DNA from: Lama guanicoe
Taxonomy: Eukaryota
Direction of reading: 5' to 3'
Assembly (NCBI GenBank): GCA_013239625.1
Contig: MU053873.1
Span: 2,742,524 to 2,806,523, forward strand
Length of the DNA: 64,000 nucleotides
The position numbers were made by a program, and so were the translations under genes. The notes under the pieces are model-generated. The model was given only the letters and a program-made list of their open reading frames with translations. It did no database searches and had not been told where the DNA came from. Position 1 is the first letter of the stretch. Each line of letters starts with the position of its first letter. Below are positions 1-13,962 of this stretch, one piece after another.

Positions 1-925
1 CTCCCCGTCCTCCATCCCCTAGCCCCTGGCAACCATGGGCACAGTTTCTGCCTTCATGATTTCCATTACTCTGAGGACCTCATGTACGTGCAAATCAGTA
101 CTTGTCTTTCTGTGCCTGGTTTATTTCACTGAGCGTAATGTCCTCAGGGCTCATCCAGGTTGTAGCCTGTGTCAGGATCTCCTCCCTTTTTAATGCTGAA
201 TAATACTCCGTTGTACGGCTAGCCCACACTTTGTTGATCTGTTTCTCTATCGATGGACACTTGGGTTGCTTCCACGTTTTAGTGTGTTGGGAGTGACACT
301 GCTGTGAACTTGGGTGTAAAAATACCTCTTCGAGACCCTGCTTTCAACAATTTGGGAGACATACCCGGAAGTGGAATTGCTGGATCATAAGGTAGTTCTG
401 TTTTTCATTTTTGGCAGACCCTCCGTGCTGTTTTCCACAGTGGCCGTACCATTTTACATTCCTACCCACAAATGCACAAGAGTTCCCATTTTTTCTGCAT
501 CCCGGCCAACCTTTGTTATTTTTTTTTCTGTTTTTCTGTTCATTTTTCTAGCCGTTGCGATCCTGATGGGTGTGAGGTGGCGTCTCACTGGAGTTTTGAT
601 TTGCGTTTCCCCGATGACTCGTTGACGTTGAGCATCTTTTCATGGGCTTGTTGGCTGTTTGTATCTCTTTGGAGAAACGTCCTTTTGCGTCCTTTGCCTG
701 CTTTTGAATCGGGTGGTTTGGTCTGGGATTGTTGAGTTTCAGGAGTTCTCTGTAGATCCTGGATATCAGTCCCTTCTCGGATCTGTGACTTGCAGGTAGA
801 GTTTCCCATTCTGGAGGTCGCCTTTTTACCCCGTGGACAGGCTCTTTTGAAGCACAAAATGTTTGAATTTTCATGACACCCAGTTTGTCTCTTACCTGTG
901 CCTTCAGCGTCAGATCTCAGAAATC
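1..925 (-). mobile_element. Old LINE-1 3' fragment (ORF2 C-terminus and 3'UTR)
   Basis: Minus-strand translation resembles the L1 ORF2 end ([16 protein letters not shown]..., ANKPMKRCSTS); degenerate; cut by the window start. Confidence 0.85.
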
Positions 926-1699
926 GCTGCCTGGCTGTTTTGAAGGCGCTGTTGATAGGACTGGCTGCCGGGTTGGGAGGGTTGGGAGACACAGAGGGGA
1001 GCCAAAGCTTTTGTTGCCCCCACCCCTCTGCCCGAGGCTTGCAGTCCGAGCAGACTGAGCGGCCCCCCAGCTGGAGTGGGGTGAATGAAGGTGAGAAACC
1101 GGGACATGAGCTTTGGATGCATTCAGTTTGAGGTCCCAGCTCAGTGCCAAATGGAGGTGATGAGGACAGAGTTAATGGCTGTGTCTGGTGTCAAGGAGCG
1201 AGATGTGGGCTGGAGATGACAACCCCAGAGACCTTGGCCCACAGGGAGCAGAGGGAAGCCTGGCGGCTGGGAGGAGAGAGGGTGGCAGGCAAGTAGCTGT
1301 GTGAGACTCCTGCTCCCCAGGCCAGGATGGCTGGGTTTGGCGCAACATAAGGAAAAAGTCTGAAAACTTTTTCGCACCCAGGGGGAGAGACAGAGAGGAA
1401 GCCAAGTAGACATCATCTCCTTGGCCTCGGATCAGAAGCCATCCCAACCTGGCAGCTCATTTACTGAGCGTGGGTTGGGGGGTGGCAGTGCCAGGCGCTG
1501 GGGTGTGGGTGGCACCATTGGGGGCCGAAGCTTAATTCACCTTTATGTTCCTGGTGTCTGGTACCAAGCTTGGCCCTGGGGAAGTGCCTGGTGGCGAGTG
1601 TTAATCGAGCGAATGAATGGAGTCCTGTGTGTTCCTCTGTCACAGACAGGAAAGGTGTGTGGGTGAGGGGATGCTCGGCCGGGTTTGGTGAAATGTGAT

Positions 1700-2745
1700 G
1701 CTTTAGGACTATTATATTTTTGAAGTCGATCATACAGACGGAAAGGTGCCCACTGGAAGGGGACGGCTCGGTGAGTTTTCCAAAGATCCACTTGCCCTTG
1801 TGACAGTACTCAGATCAAAAAGAGCATGTGCCCAGCATCCCCCTCTCCCACCTCAAGACACCTGTGCCCCCTCCAGGCGTGCCCCCACTCCAAGGGTCAT
1901 TACCATCCCAGAGTCTCCTACTCAAGCTGAATTTCGCCTGTCTTTGTACTTTATAGGCATTTAAAGTATGAAGTGCTTTAGATACATAAAAACATATGTT
2001 CTCTCTCTCTCTCTCTCTCTTTTTTTTTATACGTTCTCTTTTGTACTGGCTTTGGGGGCCAGTTTCCTAGCAGAATCTCCGGTGAGATTCGTCCATGCGA
2101 TGTGACGTTCTGGCTTGTCCTCTCCCCTGGCTGGTCAGGAGAGATGTGTTTATTTGTATCGACGTATTTATCCATCCTCTTGTTAATGGGTGTTTGAGTC
2201 ATTTCCAGGTTGGGGGAGGAGGTGATTGCAGATAGTGCTGCCGGGAACGTGTTGATAGTTGATGTTGATAGACAGAAACATGAACCGTCAGGTGCCTATC
2301 TGATGATATCTACTGGAGTGGAATGGCTGCATCGCACAGAAGGTGCACATTCAGCTTTCGTCTCTTTATGCCAAAGAGTTTTTCCAAAGAGATTGTGCCA
2401 GGCTACTTTCCCACCCGTGGGACGTTTAACTTGGAACGTGGAACTTGGTATAATCCTCTTTTTTTTTTTTTTTTGGTAGCCTGTTAAGATGTATAGTGGC
2501 CCCACGTTGTACTTTTACTTTGCACATATTTCCCTGCTGCATAGTGAGATTGAGCGCCCTTTTGTACGCTTATTGACTATTCAGATAACCTCTTGGATGA
2601 AGCATCTCTTCAGGTTTGTCCATTTTCCTAATGGGTCGCCTGTCCTGTTCTTACTGATTTCACAGAGCCCTTTATATATGCTGGATGCAGACGTCTTGTT
2701 TGCCATGTGTATTGCAAATATCTTTTTCCACGTGTAAGTTCTTTT
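1700..2745 (-). mobile_element. Highly diverged L1M-type fragments
   Basis: Remnant L1 motifs (gtcatttccag, attgcaaatatcttt); boundaries approximate. Confidence 0.55.
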
Positions 2746-3249
2746 GATCAGTAAGAGGAGGAACCAGAGTTTTGAGCCTCCAAATTATTGCTTTGAAGAG
2801 AGTTCAAGCCCTCACGTGTCTGAACCCCAGTTGCCCTCTCTCAGCCCTGCCTAGTGCTTGGGGTGTAAACGGAGCTGTGACTGTGATTAGCATCTTTGTG
2901 GACATGAAAGAGCCCTGAACTAAGCCAGGCAAAACTGGCCCCGTGAGGCTTTTTCAACCTAAGTTATCCCTGTTTCTCAGGTCAGTTCTATAGATACCTG
3001 TTAAGCACTTACTATACACCAGTCTCGGGCAAGGCATTGAAAAATGCGGCAGTGAACCAGACTCAGTTTCTTCTCCTGGGGGAGGTTGCACTGGGAGTAA
3101 GTGCAGGGAGCTGTGGGAACCCCGGGGAAGCACTAACTAAGCTAGGGCATCACGGAAGGCTTCCTGGAGGAGGTGAGCTTCACGGTAGAGTAAACTCAGG
3201 TAAGTCTCTTCTGTGCAGGTGCGCACTTAGGTGCCTTCTGTATGCCAGG

Positions 3250-3458
3250 CACTGGTTCCCAGCCAGGGGTGATTGTGCCCCCAGAGACCCTTGGCAATAG
3301 CTGGAGGTAGTTTTGATTGCCACCACTTGGGGAGGGCATGCTACTGGCATCTAGGAAGTAGGCGCCAGGGATGCTGCTGTACATTTGACAGGGCGCGGGC
3401 CAGCCCCCTCTAGAATTCTCTGGCCCAAATGTCGAGCACGCTGAGGTTGGGAACCTCG
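3250..3458 (+). mobile_element. MER20-like hAT MITE
   Basis: ggggtgattgtgccccc...gccagggatgctgct...ggcccaaatgtc...gctgaggttgggaacc resembles recalled MER20. Confidence 0.75.
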
Positions 3459-3769
3459 AGGTAGACGATTACACAACCATGTGACATTGAACTGAGGGGA
3501 ACGAGCAGGGGGACTAGGAGTATTATCCCGGGCAGTGGATGCCAGAGAGGGCTGCACAGAGGCCAAAACCTGGAGATGAATCTTGGAGGAAGGAGTGGGA
3601 ATTAGCAGGAAGCAGGGGATGCCGATCAGGGGCCCGGATGAATCACGGGGACGGGAACTTGGGGCACGCTGGGAGGTTTCACTCGCGTCTAGGACAGGCT
3701 GGGAATGAGACAGGAGAGGGCTATGGGGACCAGACAAGGAAGGACTTCACCTGTGTGTCTGCTCTGGGA

Positions 3770-4250
3770 GCCACAACCTACACGTGACTGTTGAGCCCTT
3801 GAAACATGGCGAGTGTGACTGAAGATCTGAATTTTTTTTTTATATTAATATCATTTCAATTTAGATTTCAAAACAGATCCCCCATTCCGTTCTTGGAAAA
3901 CTTCGAAATGTGTGTAAAACTATCCTGGGACGCGAATGTACTCTTTCAGCTGTAGATCTTATGAGCTCTAACTCCAGATCAGGTATTTCCTCTGTAAATT
4001 TATCACCTGCAGGGAGACGGGCTAGTAAAAGAAACACTCAGATTTCAAAGAATTAGTACTAAGAAAAAAGAGGATAAAATGTCTCCTTAATCATTTTTAT
4101 ATTGATTAATAATAATATGTTGGATATATTAGGTGAAATAAAATCCATTATTAAGTTTACTTTACCTTTTTTTTATTACCTTTTTAATGTGGCTGCTGGA
4201 AAATTGAATTCCACGTACAACTCACCTTGAACTTCTGCTGGATATTGCTG
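3770..4250. mobile_element. hAT-Charlie (MER33-like) DNA transposon remnant
   Basis: AT-rich block ending ttttaatgtggctgctggaaaattg...ggatattgctg; similar to the element at 27040-27810. Confidence 0.6.
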
Positions 4251-6582
4251 TTATAAACTCAGGGAGGAGCCGGACTGTCATGCTGGGGTGGAGGGCTCAC
4301 GAAAGGGATTAGACGGGGGGTGATGTGGTCAGGTTTCTAAAGTAGCTATGCCCTTTGGCCGCAGTGGTGAGAGAAGGTTCCAGAGGACGGGACAAGACCA
4401 GCCATAGGGAGACACCACAGCCTGGAAAGCCTGGGCCGTGGCTGCAGAGAGGAGCCCTGGTGTCCCAGACAGGTAGTGCCCGCTGCCAGTCCACGGGCAG
4501 GTGGCCAGGCTGGGCCCAGCGGGAGGAGGAGCATCTGGGGAGAGGCGGGCACATCCTGGGACTGACCGATCCTTCAAAGAGGCTTCGCAGCTCAGAGCCA
4601 GCAGGAGAGCCCTCAGCCAGGACAGGTCTTCCTGCTCCTCGTAACCGCCATTCCCGAAACCCACCAGCCCCAGCTGGGCCCTCACCGCCACCCTGGCTGC
4701 TGCCTGGACCCCTCTCAGGTTTGACATCCCACCTGTTGTGGCCTGGCCCTGCTCTCCACTGTTTACCAACTGTGTGACCGTGAGCAAGTGGCACTCTCTC
4801 CCTGGGGGCCACCAGCTTTGCCTGGCCTCACCCTTGTTGTACCCAGAGAACAGAAGAGACCAGGGTTGCTCAGGGATGACAGGTCTTCCCAGAGTGGGTC
4901 TTTTTGGGATGATAGTGGATCCGCGGGGGAGGGAATGTCTTGTACTTTCTCCAGTCTCCAGGGTGCTTTCCCATCTCCAGTCTCTGCGCAATGTCCCCCT
5001 TTCGCTGCTTTGGAAGCTGAGGCTCAGAGAGGTAAAGTAGCTTGCCCAGGGTCACACAGCTTGACAGAGAGTGATCAGATGAGGAATCTGATCCCGTGGG
5101 TCCAAGGTCGCTGCTACTCCGATGGCCAGAGCGCGGTGTACGATGAAGGAAGGGGCGCTGCGCCTCTCTGACCTCAGTTTCCTCATCTGTCAAGGGGGGA
5201 GGATGGCAGTGCCAGCCACAGCCGATTGCCGGGAGGAGGTGGTGAGCTGAATGCAGCCATGCCAGCCCAAGGCAGGGCTCCAGCTGGCAGCTGCTGTTTG
5301 TTGACTGATCTGCACACAAGTCGTCCCAGCAGCCCCCTGCAGTGAGTGGCATGAGCCCATTTTTCAGGAGAGGAGACTGAGGCTACGATGTGTAGCTAGT
5401 GAGAGCAAAGCTGGAGTCCCAACCTGCTCCTTGGCTCCAGAGCCCTTTCCCTCCGCTGTGTGGCCCCCATCCTCGCCCTTATCCCAGAGCCCTGGTGTTA
5501 CATCCTGTGCGTGACAGGGGCAGGTTTGCCCCATGCCCCCAGGTGGTCCTTTGTCCTGGATGACTGGACATGAATGGGCACAGGCCAGCCTCCCCGGTGG
5601 TGTTTCCAGAAGCTCCCCCACCCTCTGCAGAGCCTGTTCTCTCTCGGGACTTCGTCCTTTGCTTGCTGAGGTGTAGCCCTTCTGCCTCCCAGCTTTGAGC
5701 TGCTCTCTGGGAGCCAGAGCGCTTGGGCAGGAAGCTGGCGTGGCACATGCCCAGAATGTGGCCAGATCCCAGAAGTCGGAGCTGGGAGAGGCCTTAGAAA
5801 CCATCAACCCCAGGTTCTGGTTGTCTTGACGCCTTGTTCAGCCTCAGTTTCCACATCTGGAAAATGGGAGGAGTATTCAGCTTGGCAAAAACAGTAAAGT
5901 CTGATGATACAAAGTAGGTGCAGATGGGAGAATTGTAGACCGCTGGGAGGAGGGTCTTTTGGGGGGCACTGGCAGTTTCTGCTGAAATGTAGAGGATGTG
6001 TGGCCCCCAAACCAGCTGACTGCTTTTAGGTAGCTACTTAGGGTAGAGCCATGCTTCTCGAGTTTTAATGTGCCTGGGGACACCTGGGGTCTGGTTAAAA
6101 TGCAGACTCTGATTCTGTACGTCCGGGAGAGGACTAACAAGCTTCCAGGGGACCCTGCTGATGCGTTAGCAAGGTCCTGGGGTGCCTCTCACTCATGGGC
6201 ACAAGGAGGTTTATTCCTCTGTGATACGGTGCATTGCATCAAAGATGAAAACAGTCTAAGTGTCCATCAGGAAGGCATTGGCTGAGTGAGAGGTCAGCCA
6301 TTTCCCTCTGGGGATGCTCTGAAGTGACTGAAAACAGGGAGGGAGATCTGCTGGGGTCCCGCACTTCAGTGCATCTTGTCTCCCAAGAGGAAGGCAGCAC
6401 CCTCTGAGTGCCCAGGGCTTTGCCTGTGTTATTAACTGATATGGCCCCGTGCTAGAACAGGGCCCGGTGCACAGTAGGTGCCCGTGCAACGTTTACTGCA
6501 TGACGGAATCAAGATGCTGTTATGGAAAGACCTCCCCAACCCGGTGTGGAGTGAAGCAAGTCAGCTTCAGGAGATGCGTGAT

Positions 6583-6774
6583 CCAGGGCCTCTCAGCCCT
6601 GGCATTACTGACATTGGGGCTGGATGATTCTTTGGGGTGGAGGCTGACCTGGGCATTGCAGCATCCTTAGCCTCTACCCATAAGATGACCCTGAGTTGTG
6701 ACAGCCAAAATTGTCCCCTAGACATTGCCATTTGTCCCCAGAGGGGCAAAATCCACCCCGGTTGAGATCCACTG
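6583..6774 (-). mobile_element. MER20-like hAT MITE
   Basis: Reverse-orientation homologue of 3250-3458 (ggggcaaaatccaccccggttgagatccactg). Confidence 0.75.
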
Positions 6775-9495
6775 GTGTGGTAGGATAGCATGTGGATGGG
6801 AGGGACGGATGAATGGAAAGATAAAAGGATGGGTGTTTGGGAGAGAGGCCTTATGTTATTTCTATTCAGATATGAATTTGGCTGTAACCTCATAGAAAGC
6901 AGGTGTGGGTGGCTTCGCCAGCAAACTGGTTGACAGCGGTTACCTCTTAGAAAAGGGGAACGAGGACAGGGTTGGAGATTTTGCTCCAAGGGGACTGAAG
7001 CCTTCTCTGTTATTATTAAATATGGAGGTGGTACCTGTGACTTGAGTAATTAAGGACATTTGAAAAGTAAGAATGGCACAAGGACCCACTTCTAGGGTGT
7101 GGGGGTTTAATGTGCACCTGACACGCCCAGTGCAGTGCCTGGCGCACAGTGGGAGCGCTGTCAGAGGAAACCATTGTTGGTTTACTGCATTGCAGCCATC
7201 TGGCTGCATCTTAGCAGATGAAGCAGTTGAGATCTTTGCATATGGGCAAACTTGAGCTCAGAGATGGAAAGGGACTTTCCCGAGGTCACCCAGCAAAGTA
7301 GGAGCGAGGCTTGCTGGAAACCAGTCTTTCTGGCTCTGGTGTAGGGGCCATGTCTCCTCTGTCACCTTGTGGCCCTGGCCAGGTGTCTGGGCCTCCTGGT
7401 CATCACCAGGCTCTGTGGGCTGCTCAAGTGCCCCAGCTTGTTGATCACTTGATGTTCACCAGTCCAGCTGATACCCAGGAAGTGGGCAAGCCTGGAAGTG
7501 GCAGGGGTGTAGCCTGTGGGAGTTGCATTGTGGTTTTGCCCAGCAGCACTGGGAGGACTGCCAAGGATGTGGAGCCTGTGATGGTGGAAAGATCTGGAAG
7601 ATATGGAAAGATCTCCCCAACCTGGTGTGGAGTGAAGCAAGAAGCAGTCTCTGTAGGTGGGCACTGGCTGCTAGCCCCATATAGCTTCACAGTCATACTG
7701 CTCCTCTCCTGCTCAAACACTTGCCATGGCTCCCTAGTACCCAAATCTAAATGTCTCCCTGTACCTGTTGAGTAATAATAGGGCCTAGAGCACCTACTGT
7801 TTGGTAGGCAGGATACAAAGTGCTTTACATGTGTTACCTTATTTAACCCTTACAAGAGCCATATGGCACTGTGCAAGTCTGATTCTCATTGTATAGAGGA
7901 GGAAACTGACACCCACAGGAGCTAACCGTGTTGCCCAAGGTCACGTGGCTCATGGCCCTGCCAGGATCTGCAGTCTGATTCCAGATCCAGACTCTTCACC
8001 AAGAGGCCAGCCTGCCTCATCTTAACAGGAGAATGAACCAGCACGATGCCGACAGAGAGGAGTCTGGGTTGGGGTGTCCAGAAAGCCAGGCCCAGGCCTG
8101 GCTGCTCCATGACCTTGCTGTGTGACCTTGGCCATACTCTGGGCTTTCTCCAAGGCAGACTCTGTATTCCAAAGCTCAAGGCTCAGTGTTATGCAACAAA
8201 CCTAGAAAACACCCCCATTCCATTTTTCTATTCTTTTACATCACATTATTGGTAAATATCCACTGTAGAATAGTTAGAAAATTCTAGAGAAATAAATGAA
8301 GCCCAGTTAGCATTTTAGGGTGGACCTTTCTGGAGTATTTTCCCAACATCAATACTCACCAGAGTGGGATTGGGTAACCTTTTTATTCTCCAACGTTGCA
8401 TCCCAGATGTCCTGCAGGGTAACGAGTCCTTTCTTACAAATGTATGCAGATCTGTTATGGTTGTACTGTGGAGTATGTGGTTAGGATATCTAATGAGAGA
8501 TGATGATAAATTAAGAGCTGGTATTTACTAAAATCCTCCTGCTGTGCAGTCCTGCCCTAAGCACCTACTGCAGTGGTCATCACAGCAGCCCTCTGAGGCA
8601 GGCAGTTCAGGCCCATTTTACAGATGAGGAAACCAAGGCTGTTGAAGTTAAAGCAGGCCCAGGTCTCATGGCCCATCCTTGGCTGAGCTGGTAGACTCGC
8701 TGGGGACCCGTAGGTAGCAGCAGTAGCTGCAGCCCTCTGCTCTTCCTCCCAGTTAAGCCTCCATCTCACTTACATCCTCCCTGCAGCCTGGTTAGTAAGA
8801 CTTGCTGGACCCATTTTACAGATGAAGAAACCGAGGCCTAAGGAGAGGAGAGGGCACCGCTGTGGAGTCTGGGGCAAAGGCAGGTGCAACTGCATGCCTG
8901 GGGCTCTGTTCACCTTCTGCTTCCCCTTGGGGCCATGTGCACCGTGTGTCTGAGGCCATGGTCACCCCCCACTCCCTCAAGTCCCCAGTGTCCTCCATGC
9001 ACTTCTGACTTGAGTTAATCTCCAGGGTCACATGCTGGTGTGTGCTGCCGGCGTGGGTGGATGTCGCATTTCTTTCATAATAGTTCTATTGTCTCCGACT
9101 TTTATATTCTAAGGAAAATCAAAACACCCAAACCATGTCCCCAGAATATGCCATCAGACTTTTCCACTCATGTTTGTTGGTGGAGGGAGGAAATGGGCAG
9201 GAACCAGAAGGAACGGGTGCCCAAGGTCCCCCTGAGGCAGGAGTGCAGCTCCCGGCTCACGAGCCATAGTCCTTGGATGGTCCCCAGGATCCCGGGATTT
9301 TGGATGGGAAAAAAAATGACATCTCTGTTTACCCTAATGAACATCTATGTAGGTGTCAATGTAGGTGACAAATGGCAGTCATCATGGAGTATTTTTTGTT
9401 TATTCTGTAAAATTTTATGTTTATTCTATAAAATTCAAGAATTGTAGGAGCAGTGGCAGCTGAGTCTTGGTCACCAACAGAAACCATATATATCA

Positions 9496-9667
9496 GGGGA
9501 GGGCGTAGCTCAGTGTAGAGCGTGTACTTAACATGCACGAGGTCCTGGGTTCGATCCCCAGTATGTCCATTAAAAAAATCAATCAATCAATAAACCTAAT
9601 CCCCCCCCAAAAAAACCAACAAAAAATAAAGTGTTAAAAGAAAACAAACTCAACTTTCTGAAAAAAA
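9496..9667 (+). mobile_element. tRNA-Ala-derived camelid SINE (Vic-1-like)
   Basis: A box (tagctcagtg), B box (ggttcgatccc), A-rich tail; TSD AGAAACCAT(A/G)TATAT at about 9479 and 9668. Confidence 0.9.
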
Positions 9668-10669
9668 AGAAACCATGTATATAACTTCATATCATATTTC
9701 TCTTGCTCTAGTTAACTCTGCCTGTCACTCCATGCAAATTACAGTCTTTACAAGGCCCACCCCTCGGTCTGGTTATTCATTGCTTCAATCTAGGAGCATA
9801 TAGGCGACTCTCACAGCATCTTTTTTTTTTTTAATTTTTTTTCAATTGAAGTTAGTTGATTTACAATATTGTGTTAGTTTCTGGCGTACGACATAGTGAT
9901 TCAGTTACAGATACATCTTAATCATTGTATTCTTAGCCAGACTTGACTATATAATTGGTCTCCTTTTACTCCTCTGTATTTGATTTCATTGAAAAACACT
10001 CTTCTGGGCAGGGGTCCCTAGGTTTCCCCATACGGCTGGTGGGATCTCTAACACCAGAAAGGTCAAAGACCCGATCAGTTGGGCCCTGGTGAGTTCTGCC
10101 GCTGCCCGGCATGGCTGTGTGAGCTGGGGACCCGCTTCCCTGTCTGCCTGTCTTATCTGTGGCCTGATCGGAGAAGTGCTTTCTTGCTCTGCATCCTTGT
10201 GGGAGGTCAGCAGTGGTGCTGGACGCTGCCTGTGGTGGTGCCAGTCTGTCTGTCTGCTGAGCGTGGCCCTGGGCATCCTCTGTGCGGGCAGGTGCTCCTG
10301 TAGCCACATGCACGTCCCTGCCCTGGCATCCATCTCCCTCTGCATGGCTCGTCTGTTGCTCTGACATTCCTCCCGACAGGCCTGTGTCTCTCCTAAGAAA
10401 CAATTAGTGTGAAATTGCAGCTATCACTAAACTCATGCCCGGTGCTGGCCTCACGACAGCCGGCCAGGCGGGCACAGTCTGCATCTTATTCTGGGATGAG
10501 GGGAGTAAGGCCCAGAGAGGAGAAGCTGCCGACTCAGGGTCACACAGCTGGCGAGTGGGTGAGCCTAGATTGCACCTGGGCCTGTCAGACTCTTGGTCCC
10601 CACGCTCTGACTGTATGACTTCCCCTGCCTGGCCGGTCAGTAGTCCCTGAGTGCTGAATTCAGTGCCCC

Positions 10670-10815
10670 AGTGTTTCATAGAGCAAGGGGAGGAGCAGCT
10701 CCCCAGGCTCCATCTCAGAACTTCGAAATCAGAATATTTGGGGGCAGGACCCAGGAGTCTGTGTCTTAACCATTTCGAGTGATTCTGATGCACATGAAAG
10801 TTTCAAACCACTTTA
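10670..10815. mobile_element. MER5A-like hAT MITE (similar copies near 6050-6170 and 52100-52275)
   Basis: gaaatcagaatatttgggggcaggacccaggagtctgtgtcttaac...gtgattctgatgcac. Confidence 0.7.
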
Positions 10816-13800
10816 AAGGGAAGAAATAACAGTAATCCAGTAAAAAAGCTCTGAGCGAGCACTGTCAGTCACTTCATTTATTTAATTAAACCTCCCTCCT
10901 GCTGTTAGCATCCCCATTTCACAGACGAGAAAACTGAGGCACAGAGCAGTTAGGTAACATGGTTCTCTGCCTCCCCCGCTCCAACCAGGGCTGCACTGCT
11001 AGTAATCACCAAAACCAGGACTCAAGCCAGTGTGTAGAGCTCCCACTTCAGTGTTCATCCCCCGACCCCACCCTGAGTCCTGGCAGCTTCTAGCAGAGAA
11101 ATTGAGATAGGGTTGTGTGTGCGGCGGGTACAGGAAACCCTGGGCCCTGCAAGGTCACCCTGGCCCTTTCCTGTTTATACTCTATCAGGCCAGGCCCTGC
11201 GTGTTCCCGAACAGGAAGCCCCAGAGCAGGGGCCGCTCCAGGCGCTGGGGGCAAGGCTGGGGAACTGGAGCCAGGAGGCCGAGCCGATCAAGGCCCTGAG
11301 CAACCACGTGACCTCAGACATGCATGGCCCCCATTTATGTGCTGGGTAGCGTAGGTGTTTGGGGTAGTGGTTAAGAACTTGGCTTCTGACATCAGACAGA
11401 TCTGGGTTCCAGGTCAGTTTCTGCTCATTCCTCTCTATGTGACCTTGAGCTGAGCACTTGACCTCTCTGAGCCTCAGCTTCCCCCGCTGTCAAATGGGCT
11501 AATAATAATGCCTCCCCCCCGCCAGGTTGTTGTTAGAGGCAAAACATACGTCAAAGCTCCAGGCACACACAGGTCTCTCTCCCTAAGTGTTACTTGGCGG
11601 CAGACCAGACACGGGCTGATTCCCCGTGTGTGCCTGCGCTTTTATTGAAAAAAAATCAACTGTTTGTTTTTCTGAGTTGTCCACTTTTCTCTCACTCACC
11701 CAAGGCTGGCCACCTGACTCCTCCCACTGGCCCTTCCGAGATGGGGTCTAGAACCCAAGTACATACTGGCTCCCACAGCAGCTCCTGCATTTGTGTTTTG
11801 TGAGTTTGTCCAAGTTCCAGGGAGGAGCGCCCATGGATCAGGGGCCTGACTCGCTGGCCAGCGGACATCGAGCTCGGCACCTGATTTTTACGATCTTGAC
11901 TGGAACCCAGCCACGTGCGTTCCTTGATGTGTCCTCTCCCGCTGTTTTTTGGGCCACACAGGCAGAGTGACGTAGCCGCGACAGACCTTTGGACCCAGGG
12001 GACCGAAATTGTTGGCTCTCTGGTCTTTCACGGAAGTTGGCCGACCCCACCTCACCAGGCCATTGGCTTCTTAGTTTTTGTGTTCTTTCAGTCTTCATCC
12101 ATGTGCCTGGTGGCAGTGATCAGAATATTTAATGCTCACGTTTTTGCAATCCATTCTAGGCATGATGGATGTTATGGAATTCCTCACAGCTCTGTTTGTT
12201 CCAATCTTGTTCCCATTTCTTAAATGAGAACACTGAGGCTCAGAGAGCTGGATTGACCTAAGACACCCAGCCTCTGAGTATGGGGGTGGTGACGTGACCC
12301 CCTCCCTCATCACTCCCCAGCCCCAGCATGTGCTGAACTGGGCCTCAGAGGGGGAGGCAGGATGGCATGTGGGGGCCCTGCTTTGATCATTTTAGGTAAA
12401 AATGCATAGGTAGCCAGGAAGGGGCGATCCTGGATCTGGGAGCCTGGGCTGTGGAGAGAGAGAGAGGGAGATTCTAGCTTGCCTCCTTACCAGCTGTGTG
12501 GCCTTGGGCAGGTGAACCCGCCTCTCTGAGCCCCAATAAAGAGACGGTTAATAAGGGAGTGTCAGATGGCGTGATGGAGAGGGGTAGCGCCGACAAAATC
12601 CAACGATACATTTCGAACCCTTAGCTCAGTGCCTGGCGTACAGTACGTGCTCGGTAACTGGGGGCTAGTACTTCTAAGGCAGCATGCCAGTCTGCTTTCT
12701 TTTTTCCTCTTAAACCGCCCCACATGCTTTTTTTTGCTCAAGCCTCATCTAAAGCCTTGGAATTATTTTGTTTCCTCTCCTGCTTGCCCCACTGGATTCT
12801 GGCAGACTTTTCTTGGCTGGCTGCCCTCTAGAGTGGGTCAGAGATGTCTGATCCCCAGGGACCCCACCCAAGAGAACTCCAGTCCACCCCTACCCCCACC
12901 CCCGACTCTGGGCAGGAGGTTTAGAGCTTGGGATGGTGAGGTCAGCGGGCCCCCCAGCAGGGTAGGTGGTTGCCAGGGTGATGGAATGTTTGGGAGCTGG
13001 TTCCCACAGAGAGGGCTTGCAAGGCTGATGGCTGAGCTCTGGCACTTGCGTGGGGTCCCCCTCCCTGGTTGCTCTGTAAGGGCGGTGACCTGCCTCCTGA
13101 GCTGGCATGGCATGCTCCGGCCCTCCTTCCCCTGTCCTGGGACCGTTGATCTGCTGGGCTTGGGGAAATCCTGCTGAGTTAGAAAATTCACGTGAGTCTG
13201 ACCCCCTAGGGCCTGTCTCCTCTCCCATCCCAGGCGTGGCCTTCTAAGCCTTTATCACATGCTGATTCCTTGCTCCCCACGAGAATGTCATCTCCGTGAG
13301 GGCAGAGCCCTTGTGTGCTGCCCTGGATGTGTTCCAGCAACTTGGTCACTGCCTGGCATGTAGAGCATGCTCGAGAAACATCTGTGGACTGAATGAATCT
13401 GGGCCGAGGGGCCGCTCCCCCTCCATCCCTTCCAGCAGTCGTTCAGGACAGCCCATGGGTCAGGGGAAAGAGAGAGTGATGCCCCCCCACACCCCACCAT
13501 CCTCTCCTGCCGGGCCCATCTTCTGAACCATGTGACATGAGACCAAGGATGTTATCATGAGGACAGAGCCCGGTTTGGAAACTCGCTTTGGGGGGCTTCT
13601 GTGAATCACGTCAACTTTCGGGTCTTCCATCTCCTCATCTATCCAATGGAGACGAATATCCCTGCCTTAGAAAGTTCAGCTGAGGATGAAATGAGAAAAT
13701 GAAAGCCAAAGAGTGAAGAGCAGTCGCTGTGTGCCAGGTGGTGTTCTAACATTTCCTAAGTTCTTGACACTTCCCAGTACTCCTGTGAGGCCAGTTCCTC

Positions 13801-13849
13801 ACTTACACTGGCCACATTTCAAGTACCCAGATGCCACATGTATTGCTGT

Positions 13850-13962
13850 CACCCCCATTTTACAGATGAGGCAACTGAGGCTCAGAGAGGTTAAGTGACT
13901 TGCCAAGGTCACACAGCCAGTAACTGGTAGAGCTGGAATTTGAGCCCGAGCAGTCTGACGCC
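13850..13962 (-). mobile_element. MIR SINE core (one of many in 5-25 kb, e.g. 11360-11570, 22420-22580, 22730-22935)
   Basis: cccattttacagatgaggcaactgaggctcagagaggttaagtgacttgccaaggtcacacagc is the canonical MIR core. Confidence 0.9.

Noticed and set aside
4309..4991. Overlapping 140-220 aa ORFs
   Set aside because: GC-rich intronic sequence with low-complexity translations, no domain and no consistent splice structure.
9496..9570. Apparent tRNA-Ala genes here and at other SINE heads
   Set aside because: Each is diverged and followed by a SINE tail, often with a TSD; they are retroposon copies.
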